Positions 49,101-50,539 of a stretch of 64,000 nt of DNA are shown here, one piece after another. This stretch comes from a virus. The stretch spans positions 1 through 64,000 of IMG/VR virus record IMGVR_UViG_3300046522_000512; one strand, written 5' to 3'. Position 1 is the stretch's first letter, and each line of letters starts with the position of its first letter. The translations under genes were made by a program, and so were the position numbers. The notes below the pieces were generated by a model. It was not told the origin of the DNA, ran no database searches, and saw only the letters and a list, made by a program, of their open reading frames with translations.

Positions 49101-49629
49101 CGTCGTCGTGGTTCGGGTCATCGGGGCCGGCGCCGAGATCCTGGCCCTCGATGTCCTGGCCGATCGGCTTGCCCTGGTCGTCGCGCTCGTGGACGGTGTC
49201 CGGGGTCTGGCCGTTGTCACCGCGGTCGTTGGCGGGGTGGTCGGCGCCCTCGGCTGTGTCGTCCTTCGCCGGGTCGTGCGGGCCGTGGCCAAGCCCGCGG
49301 TTCTCATCGCCGTAGCGCCGCTCGTCCTCGTCGCGGACCTTGGACTTGCTCTTGGTCGGCGCGGAGCCGTCCGGGCGGCTGACCATGGTCAAGCGGGCGG
49401 CGTTGATGCGGGAACGCTGGTGGGTGGCCAGGTTCTCCACGAGGACGTCGCGGCCACCGAGCGCGCGCAGGACGCGGGCCATGCCGCCGCCCCACATGCG
49501 GGCGATACCGCCCGTTTCCACGAACCTGCCCTTGGAGTCACGGGGGTGCAGATCCGGGTTCCACGTGCGGCGCAGCCTCTTGGTTTCGAGGCTGGCGAGG
49601 ATGCGGTCTACGGCGGTGGTGATCGGCAT
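25198..49629 (-). CDS. Giant (~8,143 aa) DarB-like polyvalent protein: N6-adenine MTase, SF2 helicase, UvrD-like SF1 helicase, many SH3/Tudor-like repeats and a degenerate zincin-like C-terminus
   Basis: Uninterrupted ORF with high GC3. MTase VLEPGSGVGNF/VGNVPFG (~45200-45410). SF2 AHEVGAGKT, VDEAH, GTGTNVQ, PWRP..QRNGRVIRQGN (~41500-43200). SF1 ALAGTGKS, DEAQD, VGDSNQAIYGFRGA, HKSKGLE, YVAVTRA (~36080-37780). N-terminal WNPDLHPRDSKGRF. Start at ATG 49629 inferred from promoter spacing. Confidence 0.93.
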   Translation of the reverse strand: MPITTAVDRILASLETKRLRRTWNPDLHPRDSKGRFVETGGIARMWGGGMARVLRALGGRDVLVENLATHQRSRINAARLTMVSRPDGSAPTKSKSKVRDEDERRYGDENRGLGHGPHDPAKDDTAEGADHPANDRGDNGQTPDTVHERDDQGKPIGQDIEGQDLGAGPDDPNHDDDQPLVPQGRVMTNIHDNDGDPLPPRRRGNVAMPSFPDLLPIDRNADDTPHERHVMGNGDALRAAGPPVDDHFHQFWDTSHARRAVRDLSEEYFGDLEGVWPANWHNAKADELYDSLADAGTGFDVRDDKNDQLNPDDVERLSWLADEANQLSEIAHNDGQDEVARYAANLRDALRLAHERFTSHGNEPIPAPRKNRPKSQPLVPRAWRSDGPQKGPGSRGGLPPGEGNTSMPMRPQAARPASALGGKLFKNLDELQAYWRKGNLEPYTQDKAQQERHQRETAALFAKLDRPQLSRGGRFVIAKMTVEKNGQRKTGYAVIVSGSGVRLAMSERKGEAVDFANRLEAAQLGDKPFDWDSPGYHQRLESPEGQEMVRQASVEAKKVFADKAAKKREGAAARNTPAPATPAVLPPAPAPAVPAAPAAPTERPNPLVQAAQSIADTSGIPRQNIAVGHVGPSGNNGDDKVGFRKPGNTGELREYWKNGGAPGLDRVYSDGVRAMAGNPKWNVTMANHFGFAIVQRGPHRFDVHRAYDGRALGWSGGAGQGFKSWEDASQFAMQVGRGVRESSNPDQEVDWWDPKLGPRERHRVGVWSRAFGNQMDDQRGQWDIAHGAPESHAANEYRKRQEQQNKPAPAPAATPAAAAPSAPQATPEGDFPNNGDEVNSPDGVGSVMAVNRDSGSVLVRAERGTRSHALKDITRPDGTPYAGDRTNTPNPDAPQAKPEQRDWSQVSREDLDAAFAKADQDWSDTLSSGDQAKRARAQAEKTAILAEAQRRDGQAYAQQLSRVQLGAHNESGHRPAAVDGGNQDDATLQGSAGRWTWNRLGHGTRYSSKKPFLTEEAALADLVREHDTDHAPAPAPEAAPQPAPNADQGPSLADMAATTAAGNHIVEALDVAEQQLGPVINSLTELRGAPAAHDLAAPAGDAVDALKRGDITPSEAIQQFQGALDGMQRALRGRGGANHAHAAEFLRLARENVSVARQALSEQHKRSNDSVVRGSRSDVLEDVPAAGSGSVPDGQGVRGVRPGAVGRDRAADRGTDGGVGSSAAGGHGRGGAGSRAEVGPDAGPGTGAARHGVRDAEGSGNGDEGHAAGGAASAPVAFGTPEQQATAPAYEPPADGKTLVPSSPVNRAKANIAAIEILRRLQDENRPATGAEQQELARYSGWGAVPQIFKPQPDAQFQPLAKRLRELLSDAEWADASANTLNAHYTDPQIVQQMWAALTDLGFDAGSVLEPGSGVGNFIGYAPDGTHMTGVEVDSITAGIAKALYPHAEVRHESFGDTRAPNGTFDAAVGNVPFGRYKVPDLVHNKGGHSIHNHFILKSLDLTRGGGLVAVVTSSLTMDGHGGRSEAARMEMAEKGELVGAIRLPSGAHQRTAGTSVMTDLLIFRRRDKSKSFTSGRNRKGEIKRPSERTQNDPPMWVHSLPTYALPGQTPPKPGTPPDQVEPPVFYNSYFHDNPQQILGKLAVGHGMHRDNELRVDGDGKTIANLERALKRTVEEAKAAGLAYKPDTEGRSKVTLLPPGSSRVDGHVQAEPDGSFTQVRDGMVHPFPVFKTQANEARQLLAIRDTFQSLLAEENRKDADESLIERLREALNKQYDAYHSKFGAINRFTWSKRTAIDPDTGEKVEKTYRKKAARGGLFTNDPTMSNITPLDEFDDTTRKTTKAPIFSKRLGTYREIAKYADDPQDALAIVLETDGRLTADGLARVMRTDADTAIARLLTARSVDSDTGVEYPMAFQAPDGELVTAADYLSGNVRTKLDEARRAAADDSRYDLNVEHLERVVPPDLSTGEIAAPMGASWIGREPVEQFLRETLGDQRITVSWQGGALWAVDAPDGAKKSIAERTAHTWSAKGYTALEIAEAILTNRKIVVTKKEGHGENAKSVYDKDATEDAQAKATLLREAFTDWLWADPDRAEKHKRFYNDNFNSMAPRSYDGQRRTIPGLVEWFDPHPHQHAAVARMVNEPSVLLAHEVGAGKTAEMAMGVMELRRLGLVKKAAMVVPGHMLEQFRHEFAEIFPESVANNRILTASSEDLAGKGRREFIARAAAGDYDAIILTQTAFESIQMRPEIQEDYIGRRVERLREKILRQKDADGEGNDTRLVKRMEASLKSLEEKLDKKLSGLKDAAGLHFEDMGVDYLVVDEAHMYKNLDTPSSVAAIDGSNRASDLEMKLEWLRKRSDTGRVVTFATATPVANSIAEVHTMMRYLRPDLLEELGMLDFDDFASTFAQMVSAVERSPDGSYKEKTRLAAFQNVPELLRLWRSFADVKTAEDLDLPVPGIVGGKAVTITMPMSPAQEEYEVLLRARAARLEGGNVDPKEDNHLKLLGDGRMAALDPRLLDPSLGGGNKLPTVADNVVRIYGETKDAVFPTSKTDATPHDTPGGLQIVFLDLGTPKDPGRSKKRKKKAGSGTDADEMDASLTDDGSESLSRDDEETYTDFSTYDELKSLLIARGIPAEQIRFIHEAKDDAAKARLFNDARSGKISVLLGSTAKMGTGTNVQLRAVALHHVDAPWRPADVDQRNGRVIRQGNANDEVAIFQYATERSTDAKFWEAIARKAKFIRALMRGSLSERVVEDIGPVNFDADEVSALTAGDPHLIAQAQLKPLVNRLRGRFNAYRRSQEGFKEAIRDSAQAEEWTKQYVAQLQQAVEKRKPTRGDDFNATIGTTDFEGGDARDDARNALNTALRAVYADGMRRPYDENAAGIPIGRVGGLEVTARFVRTRSIGNQWYNTVRVDLPQVPGAWQDYEDHELIDHDGKPRTLPLSRIENSIANIDERIKRAEHRRADKKRAAEQAAGRIGKPFELATVFEESTRQLDLLNEIMRLKAQPTVTEEDTAKRNKQIAALDAELRAMSNDQEDVLAQVAARDVNLVPKTPAPPAISQDDKGRVKWIWPTTEARDAARAKKLAAKREAFLARTSSSAQAAPAQPDALGMNNADLKEETDTLAERIAKGEASDKDVVRHAGLEREQQRREKNRAARAAAEQSSTPSGQNSGETVTLDPQKVRADLAEISPAADRTGAEPEGQDAPKETPASQPEAEPSLTTAQARALESALNSGLGPDGQQIEAHPNVIRRLLRLGYADERSKPRVGGGSIKYYVMTPEGERRARALRDEREQARTARLAALDAADEAPQERNSQTPQASGTPGTGPQPPSPRPAPQAPAAPRPAPKPADTVRPFANEREWRAGITGVEGAQGQVTSAAETTWGRDMPAPARSLRDNVFQAIAAQESGDTEDTAASLAGAREDAQRLRNRLTDTDRQGMEAPLDNFMRVTDDYLARHAVTVEKRRREDAQRDRIEREAQEQFRRSLTGTPAPAPETPAKGSDAPSTGRAWQDGDFQPGDTVAFSNRNAMNMQQSGEFVRSANQDTAVLRGRNGAEREVPYIDIMGRTRDGVFEENPPAAGTPTTPLPQPTPSADDGKQFESGDKVHYWYDESGPAQRKLGTVVETTDDGVVVDGPAGDRETIPFNRVTKAPERQRSADAPQPAPASSDLPMSALFAKNKATSRHALDSLKAGYQEQFGDEPRDRVGQLSNELFTFLDQQWGEAAGGVFGPASETALHLADALHDQEMTPEERSGRFGAQVADVQRELRHRRDVIARQQGAPDSAGKAPRPSAPSDARPVPATPPADMDGDQIGEEIDTLDEQIAPLQDATDSVDLAYRLRLEQRRFELEEEERRRWSPTPEYGEDGKVIPRKRGDVIRDRLAGYGLNDAETTGLVHRVEDLPAAKAGGYSDEEWARIDTAAAANEAYPPTEEQGIIIEGAARRGLNMAVMALAGTGKSSTLKMLSHRMPGKKIVYLAFNRSVANEAREAQARGEYAKNLTASTANGYAAKVADKRLNNRLPNHKAGGFKKLSAQQIADRMRWYDTVKAGDRDLAPGGAATVAELMIKTWAKSSDAEMGPQHITGAKTAQEARDLFDAVKPLADRMWANLSDPTKGDAGQDLPMDFDYIVKMWAVGGFKIDADTLYWDEAQDVNPVMEGVVRAAIDQGVQVVAVGDSNQAIYGFRGASDALSKLPVDARATLTQSFRFGPAVANVGNRFLRLLGTRMRLKGFDRKDSRLGNIKPGDETMVIARTNAGVALAAVEALAAGRTIAVSGGVKDLQEFVTAARALANGERTSHAELARFNGKSYEDILDEVNSDPELQQLKSLFALLDKHPDEIDKLMESGAQAADTENVGGRVWVTLDWNDPKVDQLKRWLGDAKTNGVGKLLYDRESRRYYYEPGKRTESFTKNGRTINYQVDNKLSLEDAKAKIDAHLAKLYPQEDTGGGRLVDEKKPHDLLVTTAHKSKGLESEKVRIADDFRGPEYDDNGHIKWDTVPEDEDLRVAYVAVTRATDVLDAGSLGWVFEAVNDGDPTQPPTGEYRRDWVLDDFKPGDRINFQEEDGTPQVGEVARLDGPGLIARYDVDGQQREQYIGTAQVQRRNGQDRPQLPVASEDELNQAVAEGRYPEASGGAPAKLDAGKVRDELAALKNDQPSPETTEPRKEANTGSPAAPDPATGIITGDQVPPGPDATAADKEAYRRRFDIRYQVGYYVDYRNDDGETVTARVVNTRGNPILRDDAGHEFRADPNWYADHFIAVRKDDGSALPRPAWADTLPDGFRAVPPNEIQPGHVIREGSSSDKLWGSRFVMAKTVDEDGRTTLYTAQLATQGGGGLGLDPRQLVVLDETEESRQLAEEALHRRDVKESAKLQGLTLPTELPAGPNRQAQEGSTAREWHNGDTAVTPNGEGRVILAEDGKVVVLDGGGAPRTYEPRQLSMPGEARTAEHNAPTAQEAARGEKRQQDLESAQTPEGLGLFYGARLANLDLEEGHGQVLDEDGNVVGWIRRRGTVWHGQDARGGQTGGGTAQSASDPLYGPREAAQAVDSNRRDNGMRVALKDTAWRHLRPEEGRDTVQYSELSDAQREEFFKLAKEWAKSSDHELSEAAKHWGQGGLNYRQMNRLAEEATATADSVDASTPEGRRRQAVLQRLADKIRAQASRAWHSWQTMPPPGEPDVPRDVDAPDWVPYGHRETSKTDAPVKLDAAQVRTELADLNGSDSSPAADGDPGKASPEPEADGETIDADQARINDYVRVEVSDTLDRTRVHEGYLLANPRKGKGHRPRHGDFDAWILYIGNGPNQSPGRGNQVDIPADQKIQRLPAPEAPALGPVDIDSVKPGQYIRATVPDADGNEVTREGYVVSAAARRDGPRRDDPVMSWQVHIADTPHAVHAWDDVIEVPAGHEVERMSPPGPVPELEIPDVPGLDLSEYTRPDQKEVDEYRKWAGVWANPAPDGPRNALLDRVKNMPGPASRPLSPKAAPRWIGDAGDAFPLDQFDENTRHLLAQYDGDQRDFLAGHAASMREATQRLAGEFRAASREIMIPRIATRSGMKDAAEKLGALWAGDSERSRQVVLDQIAAAVADADRHGLTEQQVKDFLVGVAGGDDPEQRANGLTGAFPEVGRSLSSASDDVKAYYAGFHAWRGQNDDQSFSGYHHYNNRRSALGGEYLPVADPRTGDGQFIVGEAELPDGMRWTRLQNLKPGDLYRPARGYYAKDNRFDGLDAAHVVVNLHADGKEGRPRTTSLSTGSHTEHPGDWVVHLTAPEPALRKKANAKLRDKWVKKENEDDARKWEAAQAISRRPDGEAADVASLQEGERLRVRGSNEFIGGIYVAEGDLLEPPERAQMWRGGSQVDGWRLLLSTHGHAGDHIYVADGESDEWAERLSRDTNAPETGASGTNAPETGESQTNEPGTDEPKPDESGDGEPKPDESENNDDRDRRRRRRNQLGNGAPNGGGGGLPGGLGMGLPNFPDSSTPSTGSGRGRGDGSGRTPAGTGQADNANPAAGLPDEFAALRQRYDGDMVPASEIQVGDWVHIVGADQMYNEPKHLVGRVLHTRQFNGGVRIEVESRDPLKGGDAVQRESAALYDGELAERLPEGNPGREDTSDLKRRMETWEERASASRVPVPEGWQAVDGSRIQPRIGDRFRIVARQDGKRTQHMNVVVERSNDWQGDGYWKVKNQARRFHPSDIVAIPEGADVQYRTDVPEPAESTPQRPERTPSVPDISDEPRAEIVNPNEPQRGDRVRVETQNTAGSKVTREGFLLAPARSVTATRDGERLKAWRLHLSDNPDAKPNVRNGVTILADDKVARLPDTDAPAAGGADVPREGGATPVGGQDGASSSNAPSAGGSDAPGAGDGQGAAPTGDAPAPTSQYGINAAHGEGRRAGTVDGRRIPTHDELRQYQTGENGIISEEGERALFGSPERIQELAAQGFTPSPKLVSDHGREEVWRNGRLIGSVRAPHTTGFYMTPPEERWEGEMPLGNHYHNGTFSTRDAAIAHLVLRDMEQGEPDLSIVHPDIAWDFRGSNLSLGFPPEEEGLRGLESLNDNPADMERYRKIRALADALGRGETISGNVADDLDHLHDELRWLDATHYKYQPADLKHKHILGPGWLADEIRDYLDVLRPEDPRAMHHEISKARASKQFLDDLVDEGGKDRAESVPVTDLRAGDIVDLDGRITNRYPGATTRRTGYVVGEPRPASITINKKRQKAVRIHVASSVVGAHQLAGDTFVIPVGDNAQRLMSADDVNLPVEEYRYGRQVGEAPEVAPQRATSSGDNTPAPAEERPAAAPNTPAPAPAPVPAEERPAPAKETPAPAPAKETPAPAPAKETPAPAPAEDRPAPAAKTPAPAKERPAPAEETPKPSADKAEPERPAVPEPVHGRPAEWVKVSDIRQGDVVRIDGITKGGTARTLAGYVMDGPTEVPTVRARRVQDMVRVLIAETPDGSTKRESVWVKPDATAARATREIGDEATTVQTGADSDVLTGRVADRVATDGGGNGLFPGSVVTDDDGREGVVVGANSAGVRVQFGDDRTDDAHEPSTLNVIDGGAARPSGWTTDGHRVNVGNWVSDRDGNMLGTVEELDGDTATVATTEGMKPMPVTDLRVIGDTDNNGQDGTPAAQRRKEPITSREPAPTVEPVTGPTVDPELAPEERDAVADRGTAPGDAPEAQQGAARIARDLPVTPEQAAAIAEGLRQNADPSTAEGRAAKRAADRLDQAAGQTGTSNDDGGMTTEARYLSTGDVIVAPVNGEPSRLLVVEGIRSEDGKTVNLLLANADGRFISDSVGARAPFRPLPYDSALEGGGVADQADRRIVKATELKPGDHLVFGTGANGSDWFTRKVQSVSVGDKQVTVELEGLAGRPSTTRTFQILGGSLAESVSVMDRERPAAAWFAANQRRLTGEADAPNPDADSAPAGRPEPGTVGSVGVGDTIALPDETNPDEMASYRVTDVQDAPGGLRVLTVEDGNGQRSERTMAAGDPLYQLPEPQVPADDDAEARDPNAGLDTAAFTADYGDLVARAVVDAAVEGTQTPGSIHQLREQIAAKVTAGALRSAMRRVQRDAQAVVDGSGITGDERERLLAELRRMAMRSRIDAVQAAVQTLDDLEPLDGESPEDTAARAADLLRLIPESLRNRSESDEPDLDTGVGDGDGSADGEATPEPDAGAGSPVDDEVQGHVDGAVGEALRDADTGLLTPERRAAIVARLAQRMADSRDGAAQRIAAQLPEGERPGMLARITAALVQIARRVVELVAAFLKGLAAAVAYPFKAINRFRKGLVRRVRSWPETRRLRRIAAAARSLPRHGDGMSLADQVAHWARLLPAPGHFGQVSRRRRWYRLATRSSLAAGQLPGVQDGTGWTMDRAADRGPGRHALRHLAAVRAAGTDVDADVVARLMAAAPELGDDPHGTVRHARRYQDRAEARVRNLRAVAAGQGAPDLGPEIAAAQVEAQHARQEADRLHQAYTAALPGAVRDTLAQVREMGPGGRNRLTLSHSSDPAAARALADAAGYVPREWLADRTARFVTAVDGDAGSYDADSGTATVADLGDGGRGTAVNALVAHLQRSYPDLLAAQEVFGFTRTHTGRPGARRSTLDALLERLFGGRAEDVTDDQIVARGLATMFSGDWYRDDDLRAFLLGLLATR
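29040..29290. repeat. Pro/Ala linker with 27-bp tandem repeats (PAPAPAKET)
   Basis: GGGGTCTCCTTGGCCGGAGCCGGGGCC repeated about three times, plus degenerate flanking copies. Confidence 0.85.
45801..46127 (-). CDS. TnpV-like protein, nested out of frame in the giant ORF
   Basis: 108 aa with AAGAGGAG before the ATG. High GC3 in this frame, while the giant frame has low GC3 and low complexity here. FWKTYRP...RARELKSVRMRARERVLHDMVY resembles TnpV-family proteins. Confidence 0.8.
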   Translation of the reverse strand: MTVSYVDLVRTFWKTYRPLEVDRFPTDKAFEEFARERSDEIVQQIEELTEEWAPPLQEGTDAVARARELKSVRMRARERVLHDMVYGMPKDPGTETKDMPRVELPQLP

Positions 49630-49636
49630 GCGGCGG

Positions 49637-49664
49637 ACCATGCACACCGGGGATGGTTAACGTC
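49637..49664 (-). promoter_or_regulatory. Putative late promoter (copy 12, giant gene)
   Basis: GACGTTAAC-N13-CATGGT, 7 nt before ATG 49629. Confidence 0.72.
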
Positions 49665-49700
49665 GCGGGCTCGAATTTTGCGGCCCGCGACGCGGCCGGA

Positions 49701-49916
49701 CTACATCGTCTCCGTCAGGATGTGGAGGAGGAACCAGCCCGAGAAGCCCGTCCAGGCGAGGGTGAAGGCGGCTCTTCCGAGCTTCGAGGTACGGACGTGG
49801 AAGAGCCGTCGGACGTTCTCGCTGAGGGTGTCCTCGTCCTTGCGGTTGATGAGCGCCCACGTCTCGTAGAGGGCGAACGCTGAGGTCCATGCAGACCAGA
49901 TGAGCCAACTGTTCAT
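49701..49916 (-). CDS. Small two-TM membrane protein
   Basis: ATGA-coupled, 71 aa: MNSWLIWSAWTSAFALYETWAL...DTLSENVRRLF...FTLAWTGFSGWFLLHIL. Confidence 0.8.
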   Translation of the reverse strand: MNSWLIWSAWTSAFALYETWALINRKDEDTLSENVRRLFHVRTSKLGRAAFTLAWTGFSGWFLLHILTETM

Positions 49917-50539
49917 GACGTCGTCTCCATTGCTGAGGAGGGCAGGGGGCGGGGGCCGGTGCCGTCGTACGGGGCGGCGAGACCGGCATTGATCAGGGCG
50001 CGATTGAGCTCGTGGCCGTAGGGGGTCGCGATGGTGGCGAGGTAGCGGCCGTACTTCTCGCGGCGCTCGGTGTCGACGGTGAACGCGGGCCCGTGCGCGG
50101 CGACCCACTCGCGGACCCAGTCGGCGGCGTGCTTCCCGGCGTCGGTGTTCTTCTCGGCGGTGTTGATGCCGAGGAGCCGGACGCGTTCGAAGGCGCGGAG
50201 CTCGAACCCGAGGTCGATGGCGAGGTCGAGGGTGTCTCCGTCGATGACGCGGGTGATGCTCGCGCTGTAGGTGTGCGGGGCCGGGGCGTCGGTCAGGGTC
50301 GCGAGGTAGCGGCCCTTGGTGTCGCGGGTGGTCTGGACGGTGAGCGGCCCGCCGCTGGCCTTCAGGTGTGCGCGGGCCCACGCGGCGGCCTTCTTCGGGT
50401 CGTCGGTGGTCGTGTCCGCGGTCGCCACGGCGGTCAGGCGGACGCGTTGGGCCAGGTGCAGGTCGAACCCGAGGTCGATGTCGAGGTCGAGGGCGCCCGC
50501 GCGGCCGATGCTGAGGAGGGTGGTGCGGTAGGTGTGCAT
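49913..50539 (-). CDS. Thermonuclease (SNase) family protein with duplicated domain
   Basis: ATG 50539 overlaps the portal stop. The second copy has RVIDGDT, RVRLLGINTAE, KYGRYLA and LNRALINAGLA. The first copy is degenerate. Confidence 0.88.
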   Translation of the reverse strand: MHTYRTTLLSIGRAGALDLDIDLGFDLHLAQRVRLTAVATADTTTDDPKKAAAWARAHLKASGGPLTVQTTRDTKGRYLATLTDAPAPHTYSASITRVIDGDTLDLAIDLGFELRAFERVRLLGINTAEKNTDAGKHAADWVREWVAAHGPAFTVDTERREKYGRYLATIATPYGHELNRALINAGLAAPYDGTGPRPLPSSAMETTS

